A stretch of DNA of 64,000 nucleotides from an uncultured Fibrobacteraceae bacterium (GTDB taxonomy: Bacteria; Krumholzibacteriota; Krumholzibacteriia; LZORAL124-64-63). The stretch is from positions 17,287-81,286 of the forward strand of contig CAYWTR010000006.1 of NCBI GenBank assembly GCA_964461255.1, in the 5' to 3' direction. Position numbers and translations under genes: made by a program. The notes under the pieces are model-generated. The model saw nothing but the letters and a program-made list of their open reading frames with translations, was not told the DNA's origin and ran no database searches. Of the stretch, positions 25,936-36,099 are shown one piece after another; position 1 is the first letter of the stretch; each line of letters starts with the position of its first letter.

Positions 25936-28848
25936 CTATGCCGTGGCCGGCATCCCGCCAAGGCTGGAATCGCCGGCGGCCGGACCGCGCGCGGCCGCCG
26001 CGGCGCGCGCCCGCAGCATCGCGCCGGTGTGCGACTGCTCGCAGGCGGTCACCGCCGCCAGCGTCCCCTGGACCACGATCCGCCCCCCCTCGCCCCCCCC
26101 CTCGGGACCGAGATCGATGATCCAGTCGGCGCGGCGGATGACATCGGGGTGATGCTCGATGATCACCACGGTGTTGCCGCGCGCGATCAGGCGGTCGACC
26201 ACCTCCAGCAGCCGGTGGACGTCGCTGAAGTGCAGGCCGGTGGTCGGCTCGTCCAGAATGTACAGCGTGCGGCCCGCGCCGCCCCGCGCCAGCTCGCGCG
26301 CCAGCTTCAGGCGCTGCGCTTCGCCGCCCGACAGGGTGGCGCCCGGCTGCCCCAGCCTGATGTAGCCCAGGCCGACGCCGTCCAGCACGCTCAGGATGCG
26401 TCTGAGGGCGGGCACGGCCTCGAAGAAGGCCAGCGCCTCCTGCGCCGTCATCTCCAGCACCTCGGCGATCGTGCGCTCCTTGTAGAGCACCTCCAGCGCC
26501 TCGCGCACGTAACGCTTGCCCCCGCAGGCGTCGCAGACGACCTCGACGTCGGGCAGGAAATCCATGGTCAGGCGCCGCACCCCCGCGCCCTCGCAGACGG
26601 GGCAGCGGCCCCCGGCGACGTTGTGGCTGAAGTGGCCCGGCCCGTAGCCGCGCATGCGCGCCAGCGGGGTCGCGGCGAAGAGCGCGCGCACCGGCGCGAA
26701 CAGGCCCGTGAAGGTGGCGGGCGTCGACCGCGGGGTGCGGCCGATCGGGCTCTGATCCACCAGCACGACAGCCCGCAACTGGTCGTCGCCGTCGAGCGCG
26801 GCGAACGGCTCGGGCACGGCGGCGGCGCGGTGCAGCCTCGCCGCCAGGGCGCGGTGCAGGGTGTCGTGCACGGCGGTGCTCTTGCCCGATCCCGAGACGC
26901 CGGTCACCAGCGTCAGACAGCCCAGCGGTATGGCCAGGTCGATGCCGCGCAAATTGCGCCCGCTCAGGCCGCGCATGCTCAGCCAGGAGCCGCCGGCGGG
27001 GAGGGCGCCGTTGCCTGGACGCGGCGGCGGCTCTTGCGCGCGCCCGGCCAGGTGATCGCCAGTCAGGCTGCCCGGCGTGGCGGCGATCGCCCGCCAGTCC
27101 CCCTGCGCGACCAAGCGGCCCCCGCGTTCGCCGGCTCCCGGCCCCAAGTCGAGGATGTGGTCGGCGGCCAGCATGATGTCGCGGTCGTGCTCGACCACGA
27201 CCACGCTGTTGCCCCGGTCGCGCAGGGCGAGCAGCGTCCCGATCAGGCGGTGGATGTCGCGGTGGTGCAACCCGACGCTCGGCTCGTCCAGGATGTAGAG
27301 GACGCCGGTCAGCTGCGATCCGACCTGCGTGGCCAGCCGCACGCGCTGCCCCTCGCCGCCGGACAGCGTGCGCGCGCCGCGGCCGAGCGAAAGGTAACCC
27401 ACCCCCACCTCGACCAGGAAGCGGGCGCGCGCGCGGATCTGCGCCAGCAAGGGCCCGGCCGCCGCCTGCGCCACCGCCCCGGCGAAGGACAGGCCCTCGC
27501 TCCACTCCAGCAGCTCGGTCAGCGGCAGCTGGTTGGCCTGCCCGATGTGCAGCCCGCCCAGCCGCACCGCCAGCGCCTCCGCCCGCAGGCGGTGCCCCTC
27601 GCACTCCGTGCAGGTCTGCTCGGTCATCAGCGCCTCGAGCGTGCCGCGGATCTTCTCCGACTTGGTTTCGCGGTGCCGCCGCAGCAGCTCGGGGATCAAC
27701 CCCGGCCATCCTTGCAGGAAGGCGTGGTAATGGCGATGGTGCTGCAGGCGCCGGTCGACGGCGGGGCTCAGGCCGCGCAGCAGAGCCCCGCGCGCCTCCT
27801 CCGGCAACTGCCGCCACGGCGTGTCCAGGCCGAAGCCCAGCGCGCCCGCCAGCGCCTCGATCTGCGTGAACAGCCAGCCGCTCTCCTTGCCGCGCAGGAA
27901 GGCGATGGCGCCGCCGGCGAGCGACAGGTCGGCGTCGGGCACCAGCGCCTCGGGCGCGATCGTGCGCAGAGTGCCCAGGCCGGTGCACGTGGGGCAGGAG
28001 CCGACCGGCGAATTGAACGAGAAGAGCCGGTGATCCAGCTCGGGGAAGCTGCGCCCGCAGCCGGGGCAGGAGGCCTTGCGGCTGTAGAGCTCGGTCGTCC
28101 CGTCCTCCCGTCTCACCAGCACGGTGCCGCCCGCCAGCGCGGCGGCCCGATCCAGCGCCGCGTCCAGACGCTCCTCGACCCCCTGCCGCGCCGTCAGCCC
28201 GTCGACCATCACGGCGATGTCGTGCCGCTGGTTGGCGTCGAGCGGCGGCGGCTCTTCCAGCTCGCACGGCGCGCCGTCGATCACCGCGCGCAGGTAGCCC
28301 TGTTTGAGCAGGTCGGCCAGCAGCTTGCGGTGCGCTCCCTTGCGCCCGCTCACCACCGGCGCCAGCAGCCAGAAGCGAGTGCCCGCCGGCAGGCTCAGGA
28401 TGGCGTCGCGGATCTGCGCCAGCGGCCGCCCGGTCGCCGGCACGCCGCAGGCGGGGCAGACCGGCGTGCCGCAGCGCGCGAAGAGCAGGCGCATGAAGCT
28501 GGCGATCTCCGTGACCGTGCCCACGGTCGAGCGCGGGTTGCCCCCCAGCCCCTTCTGGTCGATGGCCACCGCCGGCGACAGGCCGTCGATGCGGTCGACG
28601 TCCGGCTTGGGCAGCTGGTCGAGGAACTGGTGCGCGAAGCTGGACAGGCTGGCCAGATAGCGCCGCTGGCCCTCGGCGTAGAGCGTGTCGAAGGCGAAGG
28701 ACGACTTGCCCGAACCGCTGGGGCCCGTCACGACGACCAGCCGGCGTCGCGGCAGGGCGACATCGATGTTCTTGAGATTGTGGACGCGGCAGCCCTTGAC
28801 CACGATGTGGCCGAAGGAGGCGCTGTCCGGCTGGGGGCTGATGATCAC
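25936..28848 (-). CDS. uvrA: excinuclease ABC subunit A
   Basis: 970 aa, two ABC ATPase modules (GPSGSGKSS ... GVSGSGKST), Zn-finger cysteines (CPACG, CPTCTG, CPVCEG...CDACGG), LSGGEAQR signature. The overlapping 1025-aa ORF in the other frame is rejected. Confidence 0.9.
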   Translation of the reverse strand: MIISPQPDSASFGHIVVKGCRVHNLKNIDVALPRRRLVVVTGPSGSGKSSFAFDTLYAEGQRRYLASLSSFAHQFLDQLPKPDVDRIDGLSPAVAIDQKGLGGNPRSTVGTVTEIASFMRLLFARCGTPVCPACGVPATGRPLAQIRDAILSLPAGTRFWLLAPVVSGRKGAHRKLLADLLKQGYLRAVIDGAPCELEEPPPLDANQRHDIAVMVDGLTARQGVEERLDAALDRAAALAGGTVLVRREDGTTELYSRKASCPGCGRSFPELDHRLFSFNSPVGSCPTCTGLGTLRTIAPEALVPDADLSLAGGAIAFLRGKESGWLFTQIEALAGALGFGLDTPWRQLPEEARGALLRGLSPAVDRRLQHHRHYHAFLQGWPGLIPELLRRHRETKSEKIRGTLEALMTEQTCTECEGHRLRAEALAVRLGGLHIGQANQLPLTELLEWSEGLSFAGAVAQAAAGPLLAQIRARARFLVEVGVGYLSLGRGARTLSGGEGQRVRLATQVGSQLTGVLYILDEPSVGLHHRDIHRLIGTLLALRDRGNSVVVVEHDRDIMLAADHILDLGPGAGERGGRLVAQGDWRAIAATPGSLTGDHLAGRAQEPPPRPGNGALPAGGSWLSMRGLSGRNLRGIDLAIPLGCLTLVTGVSGSGKSTAVHDTLHRALAARLHRAAAVPEPFAALDGDDQLRAVVLVDQSPIGRTPRSTPATFTGLFAPVRALFAATPLARMRGYGPGHFSHNVAGGRCPVCEGAGVRRLTMDFLPDVEVVCDACGGKRYVREALEVLYKERTIAEVLEMTAQEALAFFEAVPALRRILSVLDGVGLGYIRLGQPGATLSGGEAQRLKLARELARGGAGRTLYILDEPTTGLHFSDVHRLLEVVDRLIARGNTVVIIEHHPDVIRRADWIIDLGPEGGGEGGRIVVQGTLAAVTACEQSHTGAMLRARAAAAARGPAAGDSSLGGMPATA

Positions 28849-28994
28849 GACGCGGCGGCTCCCGGTGCGCGCGCGGCGGCTTCTCCGGCGGCCGCCGGCC
28901 TGCTATCTTGGCTGATGGCGCAGAACCTTTCAGGTGTAGTCCCATTCCCTGGCGCCGTCAAGATGTCCGGTTGCCGGCGCGACGGAGGAGAGCC

Positions 28995-31337
28995 GTGACG
29001 CGCATCAGACCGCCCGCGGCCCCGCCGCCCGCCGCCGTCTCGCTGGAGGCGAGCCGCCGGGAACCGTCCCGCGAGCGGGCGAGCGCGCTGCTGGCGCTGG
29101 CGGCGGTCACCGCCCTGGCCATGGCGCTTCGCCTGTGGAACGTGCGGCACGGCCTGCCCGACTTCCTCGAGGAGGCCATCCCCTTCAAGCGGGCGCTCGC
29201 CATGTGGGGCTGGGAGACTGGACACGCCGACCTCAATCCCCATTTCTTCAATTACCCCAGCCTTTCGCTCTACGTGCACTTCCTCGTCCAGAAGCTGCAC
29301 TACGCGGCGGGCTGGTTGCTGGGACGCTTCCAGACCCCGGCCGACTATCGCCTCCTGATCGAAACCGATCCGACCGCCGCCGTGGTGGCCGCGCGTCTGG
29401 TCGGCGTGGCGGCGGACGTCGCGGCGGTGGCCGCCGCGGCCTGCCTGGCGGAGAAGCTGCGGCGCGGCGCCGGGCTGTGGGCCGGGCTGCTGGCGGCTCT
29501 GGCGCCCAGCCTGCTGCTGACGGCGCGCAGCATCTACAGCGACACTCTCATGGTCGCCGCCGGCGCCTGGGCGCTGGAGCGGATGCTGGCCTGGCGCGAG
29601 GAGGGACGGCGGGCGCAGCTGGCGACCGCGATCGTCCTGATCGGGCTGGCGGCCGGCGCCAAGTACCCCGGCGGCACGCTGGTCCTGCCGCTGGCCTGGG
29701 TGATGTGGGAGCGGCAGGGCTGGCGCGGCCTGCTGCGCTGGCCCGCGGCGGCGGCCGGCGCCGCGTTGATCTTCCTGGCCACCTCGCCTTACGTGCTGCT
29801 CGATTTCCGCGCCTTCTGGACCGACTTCGCCTACGAGGGGCGCCATCTCGCCGGCGGGCATCTGGGCACTCAGGACCGTCTGGCGGCCTGGTTTCACTTG
29901 AAAGTTTACCTGCGCGACCTCGGCTGGCTGGGCGGGGCGCTGCCGCTCTGGTCGCTGGCCACGCTGGTGCGCCCGGGACCGCAGCGCGGGGCCGTGGCGG
30001 CGGTCTGGCTGGCGATGCTGCCCCACCTGCTGGGCCTCTCGCTGGCCCGGCTGGAGGCCCAACGCTACCTGCTGCCCGTGCTGCCGGCAGCGGCGGCGCT
30101 GGCGGCCTGGGCGGCGCTCGATCTGCGCGACCGCCTGGCGATGCCGCGGCGCTGGCGCCCCTGGCTGCCGGCCGCGGTCGTGCTGCCGGTGCTGCTGGCG
30201 GGCTTGCGCGCCGCGGCGGGCGGCGCCGACAGCACCCAGCTCCAGGCGCGCCGCTGGTGCGAGGCGAACCTGTCGCCGCAGGCCTTGCTGGTGCAGGAGG
30301 CCTACGGCGCCGCCCTGCGCAACAGCTTCATGATCGAGGAAGTGCAACGCGCCGCCTATTTCCGCTCCGCCGGCACACGGGCGCGCGCGCGGTTGTCGGC
30401 GCTGCCGCAGCGGCGGGCCGTCGTGCTGCCGATGGCCGTCAGCGGGCGCATCGTCATGCGGCTGGAGCACGAGCAGCGCGACGCCGCCACGCTCGTCGCC
30501 TTCGACCACGCCTCCGAATTCAATCACGTCTTCTACGATCCTCGGCTCTTCCTGGGGGTCGACTATTTTCTCGGCAGCGCCGCGGTCGGAGACCGCTACC
30601 GCCGCGACCCGGCTCGCTACCCCGTGCAGAACCGCTGGTACGACCTGCTCGCCGCCACCGCCGAGGTGGCGGCCGAGTTCCGGCCGGGCGGCCGCGTCAC
30701 CGGCCCCGCCATCACCATCTACCGCCTGGGCGAGACGACCTGGCGCGCCATCGCCGAACAGTTCGGCTCCCTCGATCCGCACTGGTGGGCCAACGGCGTG
30801 CCCCTGGCGTACCGGCAGGCGGCGGACGCCCATCTGGTGCCGCCGGCGCAGCGCAGCGGCGGCGCCCTGCTGCGCCCCGACGGCCGCCTCGCCGCGTGGG
30901 CGCTCAGCCTGCGCGAGCCCTTCGAGACCTACGTCCTGCCGTTCGCCATCCAGCTCGCGCAATACCTGGCCGAACTCGACCGCTGCGACCGGGCGCGCGT
31001 CCTGGCCGGCGCCGTCTTGCTGGTCAAGCCCGAGGAGGCCGGCGCCGCATTGCTCTACAGCTACTGCACGGGCCGCCTCGGCGACTGGGAGCAGGCCGCC
31101 GCGGCCGCCTCCGCCACCCTGCAGCGTCTCGAGCGGAGCGGCGGCGATTCCCCCGCCTTGCGCCTCGAGTACGCCCGCGCCCTGGTCCGGACCGGCAGCG
31201 ACGCAGCCGCGCGCGGGCAGCTGTTGGCCGCGCTCGCCGGCGGGCCGGTCGACAGCGCCACCGCCGCCGGCATCCAGACGCTGCTGCGCGCCCTGGGCGG
31301 CCCGCCGGGTTCGACGGGGGACGCCCCGGCCCCCTGA
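28995..31337 (+). CDS. glycosyltransferase family 39 membrane protein (ArnT/PMT-like 4-amino-arabinose / protein-O-mannosyl transferase fold)
   Basis: Start at GTG 28995 with GGAGGAG 5-6 nt upstream. Multiple N-terminal TM helices with periplasmic loops (...LWNVRHGLPDFLEEAIPFKRALAMWGWETGHADLNPHFFNYPSLSLYVHF...) typical of GT-C/GT39, plus a TPR-like soluble C-terminal half. Confidence 0.65.
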   Translation: MTRIRPPAAPPPAAVSLEASRREPSRERASALLALAAVTALAMALRLWNVRHGLPDFLEEAIPFKRALAMWGWETGHADLNPHFFNYPSLSLYVHFLVQKLHYAAGWLLGRFQTPADYRLLIETDPTAAVVAARLVGVAADVAAVAAAACLAEKLRRGAGLWAGLLAALAPSLLLTARSIYSDTLMVAAGAWALERMLAWREEGRRAQLATAIVLIGLAAGAKYPGGTLVLPLAWVMWERQGWRGLLRWPAAAAGAALIFLATSPYVLLDFRAFWTDFAYEGRHLAGGHLGTQDRLAAWFHLKVYLRDLGWLGGALPLWSLATLVRPGPQRGAVAAVWLAMLPHLLGLSLARLEAQRYLLPVLPAAAALAAWAALDLRDRLAMPRRWRPWLPAAVVLPVLLAGLRAAAGGADSTQLQARRWCEANLSPQALLVQEAYGAALRNSFMIEEVQRAAYFRSAGTRARARLSALPQRRAVVLPMAVSGRIVMRLEHEQRDAATLVAFDHASEFNHVFYDPRLFLGVDYFLGSAAVGDRYRRDPARYPVQNRWYDLLAATAEVAAEFRPGGRVTGPAITIYRLGETTWRAIAEQFGSLDPHWWANGVPLAYRQAADAHLVPPAQRSGGALLRPDGRLAAWALSLREPFETYVLPFAIQLAQYLAELDRCDRARVLAGAVLLVKPEEAGAALLYSYCTGRLGDWEQAAAAASATLQRLERSGGDSPALRLEYARALVRTGSDAAARGQLLAALAGGPVDSATAAGIQTLLRALGGPPGSTGDAPAP

Positions 31338-31484
31338 GCACCGGCATTCCCCGCGCTTCCCCGGCTGGCATGTCGATTGCCTGTCGGTCCCCCGGTGGCC
31401 GCGAAACGCCCGGGGCGTTTCCTCGTCTTGCTCTGTTCCGGCCCGCCCTCGGGCGCCGGCCGGACCTGCCGCGGGGGTGGACCG

Positions 31485-32516
31485 ATGTCCGAATTCATGG
31501 AGATCATCGAGTGGTTCGACGAGACCGGCCAGGGGATGGCGCACCGCTTCCCCCAGGACGGCTCGGGGGCTTTGAAGATGGGCGCGCAGCTGGTGGTTCG
31601 CGAGAGCCAGGAAGCCATCTTCTTCAAGTCCGGCCGGGCTTTGGACCGCTTCGGCGCGGGCCGCCATGTCCTCTCCACGGCCAACCTGCCCCTGCTGACC
31701 TCGGCCCTGTCGCTGCCCTGGGGCTTCCGTTCGCCCTTCCGCGCCGAGGTCGTCTTCGTCAACCGCAAGGTGTTCACCGACCTCAAGTGGGGCACGCAAG
31801 AGCCGGTCGTCTTCCGCGACGCCAGCCTGGGCCACGTCCGCCTGCGCGCCTTCGGCAACTACACGCTGCGGGTGATCGATGTCGTGGCGTTCGTCAACGA
31901 ACTTGTCGGCACCGCCGGGCATTTTGCGACCGGCCAGCTGGAAGGCTATCTGCGCGATGTCATCGTCGCGCGCCTGAACGACCATCTGGGCGAGAACCTG
32001 GCGTCGGTCTTCGACCTGCCCGCCCAGTACGATGAAACCGGCGCCGCCCTGCGCGCGAAGCTGGCGCCCGACTTCGGCAAGTACGGACTGGAGCTGGTCG
32101 ATTTCTTCGTCCAGTCGATCACCCCGCCGGAGGAGGTGCAGCGCATCGTCGACCAGCAGGGAGGCCTGTCGCTGATCAAGGACATGCCCTCGTTCCTGCA
32201 GTATCAGATGGCCAACGCACTGGCCCGCGGCCAGGGCGGCGGCGCGACCGATTCCCTGATCGGCGCGGGGCTGGGCGTGGGCGTCGGCGTGATGATGCCT
32301 GGCCTGGTGCGCGAGGCGATGCTCGGCGGCAGACCGCCCGCGGGCGGCGGTCAGGCCGCGGCGCTGATCGCGGGCGCGCCCGCTGGCGGCGCGGCAGCTC
32401 AGGCGACGGGCGCGGCTGCGGCCCCCGTCTTCTGCCACGATTGCGGCGGCGGTCTGCCGGCCGGCGCGCGCTTCTGCCCCGGCTGCGGCGCGCGCGCGCG
32501 GGGCGACGGCGCATGA
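31485..32516 (+). CDS. SPFH/Band-7 (Band_7_1, YdjI-like) domain protein with C-terminal zinc ribbon
   Basis: Start at ATG 31485 (MSEFMEIIEWFDETGQGMAHRFPQDGSGALKMGAQLVVRESQEAIFFK...). Gly/Ala-rich linker then CHDCGG-x10-CPGCGA zinc ribbon at the C-terminus. Confidence 0.65.
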   Translation: MSEFMEIIEWFDETGQGMAHRFPQDGSGALKMGAQLVVRESQEAIFFKSGRALDRFGAGRHVLSTANLPLLTSALSLPWGFRSPFRAEVVFVNRKVFTDLKWGTQEPVVFRDASLGHVRLRAFGNYTLRVIDVVAFVNELVGTAGHFATGQLEGYLRDVIVARLNDHLGENLASVFDLPAQYDETGAALRAKLAPDFGKYGLELVDFFVQSITPPEEVQRIVDQQGGLSLIKDMPSFLQYQMANALARGQGGGATDSLIGAGLGVGVGVMMPGLVREAMLGGRPPAGGGQAAALIAGAPAGGAAAQATGAAAAPVFCHDCGGGLPAGARFCPGCGARARGDGA

Positions 32517-33298
32517 ACGGCGTCGTGCGGAGCTGCTGCACGCAGTGCGGCGCCCCGCTGCCGCCTCTGGCGGACGGCCTGGCCGTGCAGTGCCGCCACT
32601 GCCGCGCGCAGGTGCATGTGGGCGCCGGCAGCCGCCTGCGCGAGCTGGTGATGATCGACGGCGGCGAGGCGATCGAGGCGGCGGACCTGTTGGCCCAGCA
32701 TCTGGCGCTGCGCCAGCCGGGCCAGATCGAGGCCATGCAGGGCGGCCAACCACGCCTGGCCCCGTTCTGGTCCGTGATCACAGCCGGCGGCGACCTGTTC
32801 ACCGGTCCGGCCACGCGCGAGCAGTCCGGGCTGCTGTCGCGCCTGGCGCTGCCCTCCCTCCCCGCGCGCCCCCTAGCGCCCGACGAGACGCCGCCGGCCC
32901 AGCCGTGCGCCGTCGACATCGAGCTGGAGGATTTCCTGGACGCCGCCGGCGCGGCGCCGGCGGCGCGGCCGCTGGCGCTCGAGCGGGCCTGGCTGGTCTG
33001 GGTGCCGGTGCGTTTCTGGCGCGCGCGCGCGGGCGGCCAGGAGATCGAGGCGGTGACGGTCGCCGACACGCTCACGCCAGTGGTCTCGCAACCAGGAACG
33101 GCCGCCGCCGGCATCGGTCAGGCAGGAAAGGCGCTGGCGCCTCTGGCCGTCTACACCGCGGCGATCGCCGCCGCGGCCCTGCTGCTGCCGCTGCCCTTCT
33201 ACCCGCCGGTGGCGCTGGCCCTGCTGGCGATGGCGATGCGGTACGGCGCCGCGGCAGCGCCCCGCGACCACGGCGCCTTGCGGGAAGGCGCGCCATGA
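32513..33298 (+). CDS. zinc-ribbon membrane protein (hypothetical)
   Basis: ATG 32513 overlaps the preceding stop (ATGA). N-terminal CTQCG-x14-CRHCR. C-terminal hydrophobic segment (LAPLAVYTAAIAAAALLLPLPFYPPVALALLAMAM). Confidence 0.5.
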   Translation: MNGVVRSCCTQCGAPLPPLADGLAVQCRHCRAQVHVGAGSRLRELVMIDGGEAIEAADLLAQHLALRQPGQIEAMQGGQPRLAPFWSVITAGGDLFTGPATREQSGLLSRLALPSLPARPLAPDETPPAQPCAVDIELEDFLDAAGAAPAARPLALERAWLVWVPVRFWRARAGGQEIEAVTVADTLTPVVSQPGTAAAGIGQAGKALAPLAVYTAAIAAAALLLPLPFYPPVALALLAMAMRYGAAAAPRDHGALREGAP

Positions 33299-34392
33299 GT
33301 TCGACCGGGCGGATCGCCAGCGGCTTGCCCGCCCTGAGCTGCCCCAGCTGCGGCGGCCGCACCGCGCCCGGCCCGGCGGGGCGCTACGATTGCACGTATT
33401 GTGGCGGCCATTTCCTGAACGCCGGCGGCGCAGGGGTGCCGACCCTGGCGCCGCACCAGCAGCTCGGCGCCTCGACGGCGCTGCACCGCGCGCGGCGCTG
33501 GCTCGACGAACAGGCACTGGCGGCCGACCCGCCGGTGCGCCCCGCCGACATCTGCCAGCTCTACGTGCCCTACTGGCGCTGGGAGGCGATGCTGGCCGGC
33601 TGGATCCTGGGCCTGCCGCAGCGGCCGGCCGCGCCGCCGGCATCGACCCCGAGACGGCGGGCGGGCGCGGCGCGCCAGGATCTCGGCAGCTGGCTGGGCG
33701 CCGCCGGCCGCGCCGGCGAGGGCGAGCGCCTCGCCGCCTTCCTGGCCGCGCGGGGATCATCGGACGGCGCGCGTCCCGCCGGGGATGAGGTCGATGTCGG
33801 CCCCCAGTCCAGCGCGATCCTGCGCAAGGTCTCCTGGAGCGGCCCCGGCTGCGACGTGCGCGAGTTCGGACTGGTCGGCATCCACCAGCTGGTAGCGGAC
33901 GAGACACTGGTGCCGTTCGACTTCCAGGCCGCCGAGCGCAGCGGCGCCATCTGCCAGGTGGCCGGCAGCGTGGCCACCGCCCGCCGCCAGGCGGCGCGCG
34001 CCGTGGCCAACCAGCTGGGCGCCGGAGCGCGCGTCCTGAAGCGCCGCACGGCCTTCATTCGCGAACGGATCGAGCTGATCTACTACCCGCTCTTCCGGGT
34101 GAAATACCGGTCGGGCGGTCTGCGCTGCCGTCTGGTGCTCGACGGCCTGCGCGGCCATGTCCTGGCGGGCACGCGCCCGGTCGCGGGGCAGGATCGCCGC
34201 CTGGGGATGCTGGGCGGGATCGCCGCCTGGGGCGGCTTGCTGGCCGCCCATACCTGGGCGGGGCTGGCAAGCGTGCCGCTGCTGTACCTGCTGGACGCGA
34301 CGCGCGCCGGGCAGGCCCGGCCGCCGCTGGCGCTGGCGCGCGGCGCGCTGGAGGCCTGCGCGCCGCGCCCGCCGCTGGTTCGACCTTTCTGA
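33295..34392 (+). CDS. zinc-ribbon membrane protein (hypothetical)
   Basis: ATG 33295 overlaps the preceding stop (ATGA). N-terminal CPSCGG-x13-CTYCGG. Conserved-looking ...LYVPYWRWE... block. C-terminal hydrophobic segment (LGMLGGIAAWGGLLAAHTWAGLASVPLLYLL). Confidence 0.5.
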   Translation: MSSTGRIASGLPALSCPSCGGRTAPGPAGRYDCTYCGGHFLNAGGAGVPTLAPHQQLGASTALHRARRWLDEQALAADPPVRPADICQLYVPYWRWEAMLAGWILGLPQRPAAPPASTPRRRAGAARQDLGSWLGAAGRAGEGERLAAFLAARGSSDGARPAGDEVDVGPQSSAILRKVSWSGPGCDVREFGLVGIHQLVADETLVPFDFQAAERSGAICQVAGSVATARRQAARAVANQLGAGARVLKRRTAFIRERIELIYYPLFRVKYRSGGLRCRLVLDGLRGHVLAGTRPVAGQDRRLGMLGGIAAWGGLLAAHTWAGLASVPLLYLLDATRAGQARPPLALARGALEACAPRPPLVRPF

Positions 34393-34408
34393 TCGGCAAG
34401 GAGCCGCC

Positions 34409-35092
34409 GTGGCGCTGATCCGACTCGAATGCCCGCGTTGCCGCCTGCCCCTGCCCGCCGAGCCGGGCGCCTGCTTCTTCGCCTGCCAGGAGTGCGGGCG
34501 GGTCTGGCGGCCCGAGGACGGTGCGTTGATGCCCCTGGCCGCGACGGTCGTGGCGCCCGAGCGTCCGGCGAAGGGTCGGCCGCTGGCCCTGCTGCCCGTC
34601 TGGCTCTGCCCCGTGGCGCTGGCTCCGGGGACGCCCGCTTTGCCGCCGACCGCGGTCCTGCCTCCCGCCTGCTGCGTGCCCGCCCTGCTGCCGGATCACG
34701 GGCATGCCGTGCTGAAGCTCGGCCGCAGGCTCAGCCTGGGCGCCACCGCCTGGCGTCCCTGGCCAGGCGGCCCTCGGCCGCGCTGCGGCGGCCACGTGTC
34801 GGCCGAAGATGCGCGCGCACTGGCGGACACGATCGCCCTGGCCTGCCTGCCCGCGACCGCCCGGCGCCGGCTGTTGGAAACGGAGCCGTCCGCGCTGCAG
34901 ATCGACGCGCCGGTGCTCCACTACCTGCCGTTCACCCGCCTGGGCGCGCGGCTGCGCGCGCTGGTCGGCGACCTTGAAGTGACCGACCGCCTGCTCGGCG
35001 AATCGAGCTGGGAGCGCATCGCGGAGCCGCTGGCCCAGGAGCAGGCCGAACGCCCAGCCGGCCAGACCGCCATGGAGCCCGCGCCGCGTTGA
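34409..35092 (+). CDS. zinc-ribbon protein (hypothetical)
   Basis: GTG 34409 with AAGGAG 6 nt upstream. N-terminal CPRCR-x14-CQECG. Pro-rich hydrophobic stretch (PLALLPVWLCPVALAPG...). Confidence 0.45.
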   Translation: MALIRLECPRCRLPLPAEPGACFFACQECGRVWRPEDGALMPLAATVVAPERPAKGRPLALLPVWLCPVALAPGTPALPPTAVLPPACCVPALLPDHGHAVLKLGRRLSLGATAWRPWPGGPRPRCGGHVSAEDARALADTIALACLPATARRRLLETEPSALQIDAPVLHYLPFTRLGARLRALVGDLEVTDRLLGESSWERIAEPLAQEQAERPAGQTAMEPAPR

Positions 35093-35116
35093 TCGGCGCC
35101 GCCGCGCCGGCCGCCG

Positions 35117-35878
35117 TCACCGCGCCGGGAAGTCCGCCGGCCGCCGCTGGCGCATTTCCGCCCACGCCTGCTCTTCAGCCGCGGTCAGAGCCGAGGCGTC
35201 CGCCAGCACCTCGGCCGCGGCGATGCGGATCGGCTCCAGGGGATTGTCGTAGGTGTCGCGGGGCGCGGCGGCGATGCGGTCCGCCGTCTCCATGCCCGTG
35301 ACGACCTCGCCGAAGATGCTGTACTTGCCGTCGAGCGAGGGAGCGTCCGCCACGCAGATGAATATCTGGCTGCCGGCCGAATCGGGCACGTTGGTGCGCG
35401 CCATCGACACCGTCCCGCGGCGGTGGCGCACGCTGCGCGAGAACTCCGCCTTCAGGTGCGCGGCCTGTCCGAGCGGAGCGTAGCCGTGCGCCTCGAGCCA
35501 ACGGTTCAGCGTCTCCAGCATCGCCAGCTCGCGCGGCGGCAGCACATCGGCCATGGCGGGCCCGCCCTGCCCGTCGTCCCTGCGATCTTCGTTGCGCGTG
35601 TTCGGGTCGCCGACCTGGATCATGAAGCCGGGGATGACGCGGTGGAAGTAGATGCCGTCATAGAAGCCGCCAGCCGCCAGCCGCGCGAAGTTGCGGGCAT
35701 GGTGCGGCGCCAGGTCGGCGCGCAACGCGATCAGGATCGCCCCTTCGTCGGTGACCAGACGCACGAAGGCGGCGTCCGGCGTCGTCGCTTCCGCCGTGGC
35801 GGCCGGCGCCGCGGCGGCAAGCGCCGCGGTCACCAAGAGCGGCAAGAAGCCTACGTGGCGTGGAAGGATCATGGCCAT
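35117..35878 (-). CDS. secreted peptidyl-prolyl cis-trans isomerase, cyclophilin type
   Basis: Signal peptide plus cyclophilin motifs (...FYDGIYFHRVIPGFMIQVGDP... and ...GTVSMARTNVPDSAGSQIFICVADAPSLDGKYSIFGEVV...). Confidence 0.85.
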   Translation of the reverse strand: MAMILPRHVGFLPLLVTAALAAAAPAATAEATTPDAAFVRLVTDEGAILIALRADLAPHHARNFARLAAGGFYDGIYFHRVIPGFMIQVGDPNTRNEDRRDDGQGGPAMADVLPPRELAMLETLNRWLEAHGYAPLGQAAHLKAEFSRSVRHRRGTVSMARTNVPDSAGSQIFICVADAPSLDGKYSIFGEVVTGMETADRIAAAPRDTYDNPLEPIRIAAAEVLADASALTAAEEQAWAEMRQRRPADFPAR

Positions 35879-36099
35879 ACCTCCTGCTGGATGCGCAGCC
35901 GCAGCGCACTGCGGCGACCTTCACCGCCGCGAATACAGACCGATCCTATCCCCGGTTCCCGAGCCGGGCAAGAGCCGCGCGCGCCCGTCCTTGCCCGCCC
36001 TCGCGGCGCGCGCCATACTTGACTCTCCGCCACCCCCGTGCGCGCCGCGAGGGCCGCAGCCGCGCCGGCGCTCCGGCTCAACCGGCAAGGAGAGGTGTG

